Assembly: GCF_006345805.1 (NCBI RefSeq)
Contig: NC_043006.1
Span: 8,990,001-9,054,000 of the forward strand
Direction: 5' to 3'
Origin: Octopus sinensis
Taxonomy: Eukaryota
Length of the DNA stretch: 64,000 nt
This document shows positions 1 through 12,243 of this stretch, one piece after another (within the stretch, counting starts at the first letter, position 1; every line of letters starts with the position of its first letter). Below the pieces are notes generated by a model. That model saw only the letters and a list, made by a program, of their open reading frames with translations. It was not told where the DNA came from and did no database searches. Position numbers and translations under genes: made by a program.

Positions 1-1019
1 ACTTGTAAGACATTTCCACTAATTAGGTTAGTGATGATGTTTATTTATGACCGAAATACTGAAGCCAGTATTGGGAACATTCCGTGGTTTAATGTATATC
101 GATTCACATGTAGGTGTATCGAAAAAACATCACTATATAAGTCAATGTATCGTAAACTTATATTCATTGAGTGGGTATTGACGTGGGAATAATACAACTG
201 GTCTTTGTCTCTGCATTTAAAACGAGTCACAAAATGCTGAGCTTAAATACGAACATGTATTGTGATTCTTGACATAACAACATATTTAACACATTAGTAG
301 AGCAATAGAGTAATACATCCAGTTATATCCGGAGCTTGAAGGAAATTTATAAGTCATTTTCTACCGAATCAAAAGTGCTAGGCGCCAGCAGAACATACAG
401 GCATGCATGGTATCTTCACAATTTGCCTGTGCCGAATATGCCACAATGCGTAAAATATTATGAATATATAAGTATAAATTTGTAACCTCTGAACCTGACA
501 ACTACTGGAAAAATTAAGAACCTTATTATTAATGTGAGTTGTGTGCATTCCGCCTACGTTAAAAACAGTTCCCGTAAGAACTAAACAATTTTGTAAATCT
601 AGTTTTTAGTTTACACCGTTTATTTTTTTCTTTGATGGGTTTGAATGTTTTAATATCAGGTTATTTTGTATAGTCACTTTATATATATATAGTGATAACA
701 CTGTTATCTAGCTGAATGAATAATTATGTACGCTTATTCCAGGAATAATAAGAATCTTCCTTTGTAACGGCTCTCTACAATCCATACCCGAAAAAATATT
801 GAACGTGACTTTATATTAAAACGTAAGCACTTCAAAATTTCGAAAACACAACTGAAAATCGTCATTCGTATACAGCAGTATAAATTTCAATAAATTTTTT
901 TGTCTCTACATTTTGTGTTCAGTTTCACATGCGCCAATCACTCCGAATTCACTAAAAGTACAAACTCAGTCTTTCTATAATAATTTCAACTTGCTTCAGT
1001 TTTGTTTTGTTCGGTCACG

Positions 1020-1180
1020 CTACCTACGTACCTACATACCTACCTACCTACCTAAATACCTACCTACCTACCTACCTACCCACCTACCTACCTTCCTCAC
1101 TACCTACCGACCTACCTACCTATCTACGTACCTACCTACCTACCTACCTACCTACCTACCTAACTTTCGACCTACCTGCC
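1020..1180. repeat. (CCTA)n tetranucleotide microsatellite, imperfect
   Basis: Direct reading of the repeat; it explains the PTYL-repeat ORFs at 913-1239 and 1007-1195. Confidence 0.95.
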
Positions 1181-1341
1181 TACATACATACATAAATTCA
1201 TACACATTTACAAACAAATACACTCATATACATATATAGATATATGTGTATTTGTGCATACGTTAATATATGAATAATGTATGTATATAGATATACATGA
1301 TTCCGTGTCTATCTATCTATATATCTCCTTCTCTCTTTATT

Positions 1342-1404
<63 letters not shown>

Positions 1405-2250
1405 ATATATATATATAAATACATATACACACACACATTAATACATATGTGTGTGTGGTTTCTGTGTGATTGTCTCTCATTCTACACTAATTTAATAGGC
1501 ATATCTATTATATAGACGTATGTGTGTGTGCGCGCGCTCTTTTCGCGCGAAAACGCCTCTGCAAATTGGTTCCATACTCGTGATGGATAAATAGTTTGAC
1601 CTCCGATACATAATAGGGTCTTCATTTTATTATTTTTATCAAAAATAACTTATATTGCTTTATATAAGATTAACTTCTTTAAAAATGTTTCTAAATGCCA
1701 ATTTTCGGTATTGTCGTAGCAACCGCGGGTAGCTAGACGCACACATGTATGTCTGACGTAGTAACTGTGGCTATCTATCCATATCTATCAGTTTACCTTC
1801 CTCTCTCTCTTAGTATCTTTGTGACTGTTCACTTTTCACGGGCAAACTTTTGCACAAACTCGTACCATATCTGAGAGACGAGTTCCTTATTTAACTTTTC
1901 ATTGTACTTCCTCTCTTTCAATCTCTTACTCTATCATTCTCTTTTCATTCTCTCTACCATTCCGTCTCGCGTTTGCCGTTATAACGATATCTGGTACCAA
2001 AACAAAAAGAAAAAATATTTCAGCAACTTTCATTGCCTACAATCTTCTGTACCGGTGTATTTGTGTATATCAACATATTAACAAAATGTTGGGAATGTTG
2101 AAGAGTCAAACATAAACGATGTTCCTCAGTATTTATTTACCGGTAAATAACCGTGTGGTAACGATTTCTGGTACCAAAAGAACTTATTAGAACTGCTTTC
2201 ATTGTTTACAATCTGTACCGATGTATTTGTGTATCAGTAAATAACCATGG

Positions 2251-2710
2251 ATAAACATTTCGTAAAGGGCCCGTTCGAACCGCGCTGTGAAATGATATTT
2301 TTCACAGGTTTTTGCTAGTGCATTCAAAGTATCTGACCTCCAAACCAGATACAAGCCGTTTTTTTTTCTCGAAAGGAAAGTGGGAGAAGTTAAAAATATT
2401 ATTTCTCGGCGAAATATGGGCGGATCCTTTATCGCAAATAGCTGTTACGGCGTAGCAGGGCATGCTGGAAACAGTAACCAAATCTTTCCTTTTCTGGGAA
2501 GTGGAGCCATTTACGCGTGATTTCGATGTCCCATTCCTTGAAAGTGTGCAAAATAACACGGCAAAGTTTCGCGCGAAACTCCTTTTGTGACCAGAAAAAA
2601 AGAGACTGGCGGTGGGTTTTGAGGTCAGATACGTTGAATGCACTCGAAAAATCCCGTCGGAAAATGTTATTTCACACCGAGATAAGAACGGGTCCTTAAC
2701 GAAATATTTA
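2251..2710. mobile_element. MITE/foldback-like element with ~95-110 bp imperfect terminal inverted repeats
   Basis: 2251-2347 (AAACATTTCGTAAAGGGCCCGTTC...GTGCATTCAAAGTATCTGACCTC) is the reverse complement, roughly 75-80% identical by eye, of 2611-2710 (GAGGTCAGATACGTTGAATGCAC...GAACGGGTCCTTAACGAAATATTT). No TSD resolved and no coding capacity. Confidence 0.55.
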
Positions 2711-3201
2711 CCACCAGGTCCTTCTGCTTGTTATTTTTACATAATATATTTGACCCCAAGTGAATATTACACCAAATATTCATTTCCGATATTATTCGTA
2801 TAACGGTACAAGAATGTTAACAATATAATTGGTTACTATATATAGATGTTCTAGACGGTTCTTACATCATCATATCTAATACACACTTTTCGTGCCAGAT
2901 AGTTTAAAATGGAATGTCGTCTATTCTTACTTTGAAGGTAATTTTACTTCTCAGATCAAATCATAATGAATTTTTTTTCGGATTTTGATTAAGATCTGAT
3001 GTATATTTTTTTTTCCTTTTGCATTTAAATTAGAATTTCTAAATGATTGAAGATAATTTAATTGCGTAGTTTTTTCTTCTAAAACCAATAACTTAATACG
3101 TAACAATCCATTAGCAAATATCTGTATGTATGTATGTATGTATATATATATATATGATATATATATATACATATAATATATATGTGTATGTATATATATA
3201 T

Positions 3202-3247
<46 letters not shown>

Positions 3248-3333
3248 CATATACACACATACATGTATATATATATATATATAATACAAACCTATATATA
3301 TATGTATATATATATATTATATATATATATACA

Positions 3334-3683
3334 TACTCTTTTACTCTTTTACTTGTTTCAGTCATTGACTGCGGCCATGCTGGAGCACCACTTTTGATCG
3401 AGCAATTCGACCCCAGGACTTATTCTTTTGTAAGCCCAGTACTTATTCTATCGGTCTCTTTTGTCGAACCGCTAAGTAACGGGGACATGAACACACCAGC
3501 ATCGGTTGCTAAGCAATGCTAGGGGGACAAACACAGACACACAAACACACACTCAGGCTTCTTTCAGTTTTCGTCTACCAAATACACTCACAAGGCTTTG
3601 GTTGGCACGAGGCTATAGTAGAAGACACTGAACCCGAACCTTATGGTTGGTAGACAAGCACTTACGTACCACACAGCCACTCC
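3334..3683 (-). mobile_element. tRNA-derived SINE (octopus-type), internally deleted copy
   Basis: Same head (GGAGTGGCTGTGTGGT), body and (AAGAGTA)n tail as the five other copies in the window. Confidence 0.9.
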
Positions 3684-3925
3684 ATATATATGAATACCTA
3701 CATATATATGTATATATATATATATATAATAATATATATATATAAATATAACGATTTAGGAGTGACCCCCCTATTGACTATATATATTATATATATATAT
3801 ATATATAATATATGTGGTGTGTTGGTGTGTGGTGTGTGTGTATAAGGGTGAAAAGGAACACACGAGTTGATATATATGAAAAAAAAAGTCAAAATAGAAT
3901 GCTAAAATAATTTTAGTGAACATTT

Positions 3926-3963
3926 CAGTACCGGTTTCGGTCATTTTGAGACCTTTTCAGCTG
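3926..3963 (-). ncRNA. Minimal type-I hammerhead motif (core CUGAAAA)
   Basis: CAG-CUGAAAA-GGUC(UCAAAAU)GACC-GAAA-CCGG-UA-CUG: helix I CAG/CUG, helix II 4 bp, palindromic helix III ACCGGU, GUA site. C3-A8 mismatch in this copy. Confidence 0.7.
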
Positions 3964-4674
3964 TAACGATTAAATAATTAAATTTAGAAAAATTAGAAGA
4001 AAAGTTTTTTTTAAGGAATATTTCTATAGTAGTGTTCAGATATAAGTAGCATTCTGCCTTTCTCTGACTCCCTTGTTTGCACTTGTGTGTTGGAGGGCGT
4101 TCGTGAGTTCTTGGTAGGGTAGTAGAGAAAGGAGCTGATGAGGAAAGGGAGTGGGAGAATCTGGGAGTGCCCTGATGGTCGTATTTTGAATGGTCAGTGG
4201 CGGCTGGCAGTCACAGTTCAATTCAGGAGAATATTTCTATTGAAAGGCTTGTTTATAGATTTGCGTAGGTGTATACTAAAAGACATTAGTGACAAAGTTA
4301 GGGGTAGAAGGTGGAGAAGTAGGAGAAGAAGAAGAAGAAGAAGAAGAAGAAGAAGAAGAAGAAGAAGAAGATGACGATGTTGATGATGATGATGATGAAG
4401 AAGAAGAAGAAGATGGAGAAGGAGAAGATGACGATGATGGTGATGGTGGTGATGGTTATGACGACGATGATGATGAAGAAGAAGAAAATAACAGAGAAGG
4501 GAGAATATGAATGGGTTAAAGTAGTGAGGTGTTGTATGACTTGAAGTTGGCATGTTGTGGATTATAGCTGTGATTTTAGCTGTGATTAGTAATGGATTCT
4601 TTGGAATGTAATATTTGTGTGTGAATATTTCTTTTATTCTAAAGTTGAGGTATGTTAATTGTTTGTCGTAGACC

Positions 4675-5303
4675 CGTTAAGAAGTGGCCTGTATTTGCAA
4701 TAAAGAGAGTTTCTTTACTTATTCGTTGTCTCGAGGTTGTATCGTCCCTAAATTGGTAGAGGGGGAAATCCTGAAGCTGGTGTTTTTTTGTTGGCGCAAG
4801 TATCTATGTGTTGGCTAAAAGTTATTTTTCTGTTTGGGGATTTTTTATCTGGGATCTGTGCAGGGCCATTCGTTTACGCAAACTATTTTTTGTTTGGCCT
4901 ATGTACTGCTCTTGACACCGGAGCAGGTTAGTGAGTATATTAGGTTCTCCGAAGCACATTGAAGTTGCTTTTCACTCTAAACCGTTGTCCCTGTTTGAAG
5001 GAGAACGCTGATCCCTCAATTAGATAGTCGCATATCCCGCAATTGGGTCTTCCACATCTTTTTACTGTCGGCTTCTGTGTTGAAGAGTGAATTCGGGCTT
5101 GTGTTAAGAGACTTTTCATGGATTTAGGCTGTCTCTTGCTTTTTATGATCGTGTGTGTTTGAAGGATTGTGTTCATTCTGTGGTCTTTTTCTAGGAGGGG
5201 TATGTTGTGGAGGATGGTGCCGAAGGCTTCGTTATTGAGAGGGTTCTGTGTGGAGATGTATCGTAAGGCCTTTGGTTGTAAGTTTTTCTTTGAAGCCTTA
5301 CCA
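4675..5303 (-). pseudogene. Frameshifted PLE linker and GIY-YIG endonuclease
   Basis: Across frameshifts: KSKRQPKSMKSLLTQA...KRCGRPNCGICDY...NFN/CASENLIYSLTCSG/QEQYIGQTKNSLRKRMALHRSQIK...HIDTC...QRISKETLFI. This is the IY...YIGQT...R..H GIY-YIG signature with a Cys-rich linker, typical of Neptune/Nematis-type PLEs. Confidence 0.9.
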
Positions 5304-6027
5304 TACGACAAACAATTAATATACCTCAACTTTAGAATAAAAGAAATATTCACACACAAATATTACATTCCAAAGAATCCATTACTAATCACAGCTAAAA
5401 TCACATCTATAATCCACAACATGCCAACTTCAAGTCATACAACACCTCACTACTTTAACCCATTCATATTCTCCCTTCTCTGTTTTTTTCTTCTTCTTCA
5501 TCATCATCATTATCATCATCATCGTCGTCATAACCATCACCACCATCACCATCGTCGTCATCTTCTCCTTCTCCTTCTTCTCTTCTTCTTCTTCTTCTTC
5601 ATCATCATCATCATCAACATCGTCATCTTCTCTTCTTCTTCTTCTTCTTCTTCTTCTTCTTCTTCTTCTTCTTCTACTTCTCCACCTTTACCCTAACTTT
5701 GTCACTAATGTTTTTTAGTATAACACCTACGCAAATTCTATAAACAAGCCTTTCAATAGAAATATTCTCCTGAATTGAACTGCGACTGCCAGCGCCACTG
5801 ACCATTCAAAATACGACCATCAGGGCACTCCCAGATTCTCCCACCCCCTTTCCTCATCAGCCTCCTTCTCTACTACCCTACCAAGAACTCACAACGACCG
5901 CCAACACACAAGTGCAAACAAGGGAGTCAGAGAAAGGCAGAATGCTACTTATATCTGAACACTACTATAGAAATATCCCTTTAAAAAACTTTTCTTCTAA
6001 TTTTTCTAAATTTAATTATAATCTTTA

Positions 6028-6065
6028 CAGTTGAAAAGGTCTCAAAATGACCGAAACCGGTACTG
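6028..6065 (+). ncRNA. Minimal type-I hammerhead motif (core UUGAAAA, U3-A8)
   Basis: CAG-UUGAAAA-GGUC(UCAAAAU)GACC-GAAA-CCGG-UA-CUG; predicted cleavage after 6062. Confidence 0.8.
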
Positions 6066-6162
6066 AAATGTTCACTATAAAATTATTTTAGCATTTTCTA
6101 TTTTTGACTTGTTTTTTCATATATATATATACATATATATGTATGTATATATGTGATAATAT

Positions 6163-6238
<76 letters not shown>

Positions 6239-7041
6239 GAACAAGCAGATGATATAATCAACATAAATGATAGATAATGCATGAAATAATAGTTGCTTAT
6301 AATTCCAACATTGCTACTAATACAATGTTCTTCATCCAATAAAGTGAATGTGAGGATAGATATTTTAAAGAAAGTGTCATACTGACAAGTACTGTTTAGA
6401 GTAAAAAGCAGTTATCATAAACGGAAGGTCGCATGGCTAAATGTTTTACATTTGTTCCTCCACTTTCTGTGTTAAATATTAGAACATACAGTATGTATCT
6501 GGAATGGTATATATATCGATGATGCCAATAAGATTCGCCGTGTGCCAACTTCAGAAATCAATACTATACTGGAGACGAAACTAATGTTAGGCGTCTTAGA
6601 ATGTTATAATGCCCGATGTCTCGCTAGATGATAATGTAAAATCTTCCCGGAACGATATGCAAGCTGATTACCTTAGGATATAAAAACATAATATAAACAT
6701 TATATTTTGCGATCATCCTTCTCCTTAGAATAATAAGGGAACGTTGTGTATAAAATTCTCCTTTTAATTACAGGTTATTCTGGCATATGGGATCTCCTTA
6801 TTTACGTAATTTCATTTGTCTCGTTAGTCAAGATGCTCAAGTTTGTGGCAAAATTGACTTATATGACTTGGGTAATATTTTCAAATGGAAAATAATATTT
6901 GGATGAAATCTGAAGTGGACGAGTTTATATTATATTATACCCTATTACATTTTTAACAGAATACACCAAACTACACATGTGTGTGTATAAATATATATAC
7001 ATACACACATACATATATATAATATATATATATATATATAT

Positions 7042-7103
<62 letters not shown>

Positions 7104-7116
7104 GATATATATATAT

Positions 7117-7382
7117 ATGTATATGTATATATATACATGCATGTATGCATACATATTCTTTGTTCTCTTTGGGCACCGTCTATGGGAAAATCAGCAACAT
7201 GATGCAATTCACTCTACCACATATATGTATATATATGTATATATATATATATATGTATATGTATATATATACATGCATGTATGCATACATATTCTTTGTT
7301 CTCTTTGGGCACCGTCTATGGGAAAATCAGCAACATGATGCAATTCACTCTACCACATATATGTATATATATGTATATATAT
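7117..7382. repeat. Tandem duplication, period 136 bp, unique core flanked by (TA)n
   Basis: CATGCATGTATGC...GGGCACCGTCTATGGGAAAATCAGCAACATGATGCAATTCACTCTACCAC starts at 7136 and again at 7272. Confidence 0.95.
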
Positions 7383-7385
7383 ATA

Positions 7386-7450
<65 letters not shown>

Positions 7451-9722
7451 GTATATATGTATACATATATATACATATATTTGAATATATATGTATATAT
7501 TTTTTGTGTGCTTATGTAGCTGTGTTTTGACAACCTTGCAAACTTGCAGATGTTTCGAATATTGCTATTACAGAACTTCGTTTTATTTCTCAATTTCAAA
7601 TACATGACCAAAGATTATTCGAGATTATGAGACATGTGGACGCAATTTATTTCTCTTACTTCTAATTTAAATACTGGTTGAAATAAAATTTCTACAAGTA
7701 CAATCAATAATTTTATGCTTCAATAAATTTCCATCATTTGAGACATTATATATGGTTATAGTGCCGTCTGAAGAACATTTGAATGGTTGATAGTGATTGT
7801 CTGACGTCTATAAAACTCAATATAACACAGACAATTTGGATATTTTCTAAACATCTTTCATTGAAAATTCACTTGGATAGGAAATTTTACAAAATATATG
7901 AAGAGATCAAAGGATAGATGCGTCTTCTATATATTAACCACAAGAATTGCAATGTGCACATTGATATTATATTGCTTTTTTCACATATAAAATGCAGTTT
8001 ACGTATTTGTGCATTCTCTAATTTAATGTTGAAGTTTTTTGATATTTCCTCGAAGGTCATAGTAAACAAATCACTTGAGAAAAATCGTGCGAAGTGAGAA
8101 CCAAAAAGTATTGAACATTAGACTGGTGACTGTTGCTGAGGTTTCATGTTCTGACTATCCTATGTTATTTTATATACAGGGCGGACCTTTTCAGTATATC
8201 CATTTTATTTCATAGGTTTAGGCGTAATCATACGGGTGAAATTGATGCTATTTCCATCAAGACGAGTGATGAGGTAACGAGAAATTTCATTTAAAAAAGA
8301 CATATCGTACCGTTATATAATACTTGAGACAGAAAGGTATTTAATTATATTCTACGAAAGCTTTTAAGAATCTGTATTTCAGTTAGAATAGAATTCTAAA
8401 CGTAATAACACTACAAGATATAATTTTTCGTTTGAAATATTACATATTTCTGAAGATTTAAATGTTACCTTCTCTTATTAAATACAATCAGATATAAATC
8501 GCTATATTCCTACCAATTTTGAAACTAACTTTTTCTTATCAAATTGCTTGCCGAGGATGTATTTCCAATAATACACATTTGTACATGCATCCATGAATAC
8601 ATACATTCATGCATACATACGTATGCACACATATGCCTACATACATAAATTGGTACATACGTAGGTAGGTAGATACGTACCTACTTACATGCATACATTC
8701 GTATACACATTGGTAGGTAGGTAGATAGATACGTACATACATATATACATACATGCATACATATTTATATGAATGCGTATAAGCATACATACATATCTAT
8801 CCCAATTCAGAGAATGGAGTAGATAAGATTCAAGCTACATATGTTTCCTAACTAGCAGAACACATCGGATGGGATTGCAATCCCTGTAATTTCAAAGGAA
8901 TAACTATATCTTACAGGATAAGCTTGCAAGCAGATGGTATCCGTCAGATGAAAATTACCAATAAAGTTATACAACGAAAACACGATACAAAGACCAAAAT
9001 ATTCCAACTATATTCATATGCACAACTAGAAACTAATACTCGGAGTAAGTTCTTAAAAGTATCTTACATATATCTAGACCTGAATAGCGCTGCATCTGAA
9101 TTAAATTTTATTTATATGTAGTTTTGGAAAAAATGCCAATGACCAGTTATCGATTATAATTCTTCCTTCTATGTATATGACCATCTAGCAAATGATCAAT
9201 ATTTAAGGATAGTACTAAGTCGATCACATGAAATTTATTGATCCTACAATTACGTGTTACAGATCCACAAGCTGTTCTATCCTAAGATAATCCGACCTTT
9301 CACCTTTTAAACATCGTTGCATTATTATGCACAGATCAAGCGTGTAGTTACTTTACTCGCTGCTGCCTATTTCTTTCTAATAACAACTGCAGTTTTCATT
9401 TTATGCTTAAATCTGCGAATGTATGTTTTAAACATTCTTTTCTCTTTTGGCATCAGTTTGTCCCACTTTGATGTTTTATATTTTAGTTTGTCGTCTTCGC
9501 GTTCTTTTGTTTCATTCCACGTCTTCTTCCTTACAATAATTCATTTGTCCCTATATCGCCATTTATTTTTACGTATTTCTCCACTGCCTTCAGTTTATTC
9601 GACGTTTTTCCTTGGCTTCTTTTTCCATTTTATGATCTCACTACATCCTCCATTGCGTCAATCAATGCAGATTAATGCTGACGTACACTTTTATAGACAC
9701 ATGCAAATAATTAAATAAATAT

Positions 9723-9769
<47 letters not shown>

Positions 9770-9955
9770 AATAACCGCACATTATAACTACAAATATATA
9801 ATACCCAATAATACTCATAAATGTGTAGCTACATGTACATTCTTGTGAATACGTATGTGTTCATCTGAATATATTGATTTCGCAACATTTATTTCGAAAT
9901 AGAAATCAACGTACGTTTATACCACTGACTCTCTCTACATATATATATATTATAT

Positions 9956-10003
<48 letters not shown>

Positions 10004-10576
10004 CTTGTGTATACGTGTGAGTATAAGTTGCGTTTGTGTATATATATAATTATTATCAAGATCACGACGGTTGAACACATCTGCATTCCAGTCAATAAGC
10101 CAATTGGCCCATTATTGCATGATTCTTCATGTCAGCTAGTTGGTGTAGGCATTGACAGTAAACCATGGGAATAAGTGTGATTTACATTGACCTATGTATG
10201 ACAAAGAAACTTGTGGTTAAATCTCATTATGCATACACGTTATACGTACAGTGAAGATGTAATGTTCCAAGTTTTCCCCTGTTTTTTTATAGAGATTTTC
10301 TTTGAAGTTTCTCCCTAAATGAAGGTCTACAGCATGTGACATATCTAAAACATATATCATTTACTTAGCAACCCAAAAAATGCATGGTTGTCAGGAGAAG
10401 CTTGGAAATGATTTCGAGAATCATAGATACCGCGAAAGATTCCACGCTTTCAATACAATAGCCAATACCTTTGGTCTGTCACTAATAGAATTTCCAGAAG
10501 CTCAGCACAAACCTCTTTCCATTCACGTCAAAGAATTATGGTTTACGAACATAAATGAAAGAATGACAACTCCTAA

Positions 10577-10578
10577 TA

Positions 10579-10650
<72 letters not shown>

Positions 10651-10693
10651 GGTGGTGGTGGTGGTGGAGGTGGTGGGGTGGTGGGGGTGGGGA

Positions 10694-10737
<44 letters not shown>

Positions 10738-10754
10738 TAGTAGTAGTAGTAGTA
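10577..10754. repeat. Compound (TAG)n/(TGG)n microsatellite
   Basis: Direct reading. Confidence 0.95.
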
Positions 10755-11393
10755 TGTTGTTGATTCCTCGCTGAAAAGGAATACCACATGAGACATGACA
10801 AACTAGGACAGTACATCCACTTCAATTCTTGTAAAACTACAAAATTAAACCCCATGAAAAGTGGTACAGGCACCATGCAGAGGATGTAATTGGTGAGGGC
10901 GTCACCATTCTTTGGAACTCCCCAATGCAAACAGACAGAAAAATTGACTCCATTCGATGAGATATTGTGATCAAGGACTACAACAGAGGAACTTGTCTGT
11001 TAATAGATATGTCAGACCAAAATATCTCGATAAAATAAAACGAAAATCTTGCTCACTCTAATGATCTGCAAATTGAAAGCACAAAAATGTGGAAGCTTAG
11101 TACTACTATAATACCAGTAGTAATTAGTGGGTTCGGAATGATAAAGAAGGGAGCTGAGAATTATATAAAGCAACACCCTGGTATCTCAACTCTCCGTGAA
11201 CTACAAAAACTAACCTCGATGGGTACAGCCTATATACTACGGTAAACACTGTCCATCTAAAATGGAATAAATATGGGATAAAATGGAATAAATAGCATGC
11301 ATAGCAAAACAAAAGTGCCCTTGCTATTCTTGGCTTCCGGAGGATGCTTGGTACTAAGGTAGCTGAAATAAAGTTATAGTGAAAAGAAACCAT
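10755..11393 (+). mobile_element. R4/Dong-like LINE 3' fragment (restriction-like endonuclease region plus 3' UTR), decayed
   Basis: EYHMRHDKLGQYIHF...KWYRHH...TILWNSPMQTDRKI...DIVIKD...CLLIDMS...IIPVVISGFGMIKKG...MGTAYILR, colinear with the C-terminus of the element at 18262-20615; ends in (TAA)n. Confidence 0.88.
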
Positions 11394-11686
<293 letters not shown>

Positions 11687-12230
11687 GTAACCAGGCAGTG
11701 GCTCTCGTGGCTTCTGATCTTAACTGATTGGAAGTGTTATCATGTACATTGTTTTGTCTTGGTATAAAAGATGGGCTACAGCAAATATTCTGCTCACTAC
11801 CACAGATTTGCTTGTCAGTTGTTTGACCTTAACCATTTGAGCATAGCTCTTAGTCGCTGACGATATGTGCATCTCTGATCACAAGCAGAAGTAGTGGGGG
11901 AGTATCATAGCAATGTGTTGAGAGGGATTCTTTGGGGTTTGAATAATTCACCTCTGGAAATATGGGTGGGTCTTTCAACATCCTTAAACAACCCTTATTC
12001 AGGGACCTTTTGAGCGGGATGGGTTACTCAACCTGAAGAAAATTCTAACAGGGCCCCACCTGCAAGGTCATGTGCTGTTTATCTTGATATGAGACCACCA
12101 TGTCACGCACATATGGTTGTGATGCATGTGCCTAGTGTACCCTTATCAGACGGGTAGTCATGATGGGTATATTGGGCTTCGGATATTTTACCCCAGTGTC
12201 ACTTTGATGGCATGAACTGCTCTCTCACTC
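11687..12230 (+). mobile_element. ~540-bp non-coding interspersed element embedded in (TAA)n, copy 1
   Basis: Full-length match to the reverse complement of 17679-18222 with identical ends (GTAACCAGGCAGTG...CTCTCACTC-(AAT)n). Confidence 0.88.
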
Positions 12231-12243
12231 AATAATAATAATA

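Larger units (their letters stand above)
3877..6120 (-). mobile_element. Penelope-like retroelement remnant: 5'-truncated copy (minus strand) plus inverted pseudo-LTR (plus strand)
   Basis: Arms 3877-4670 and 5304-6120 are reverse complements. The spacer encodes a C-terminal GIY-YIG domain, each arm carries an HHR motif, and both outer ends are (TA)n. Confidence 0.9.

Noticed and set aside
1705-1737. Possible Helitron 3' end (...GTCGTAGCAACCGCGGGTAGCTAG)
   Set aside because: Hairpin is weak, the base after CTAG is A rather than T, and no 5' end was found.
4135-4200. CTGATGAGGAAAG in the PLE arm
   Set aside because: Antisense to the element; no helix II/GAAA/helix III arrangement.
8917-9044. 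Exon-like segment (TTACAG|128 nt|GTAAGT), phase-compatible with a possible terminal exon at 16569-16606
   Set aside because: Good splice-site words but the peptide resembles nothing I recognise; such pairs arise by chance in 64 kb. Needs RNA-seq.
10380-10576. Non-repetitive ORF segment (EKLGNDFENHRYRERF...)
   Set aside because: No recognisable motif or convincing splice pair.
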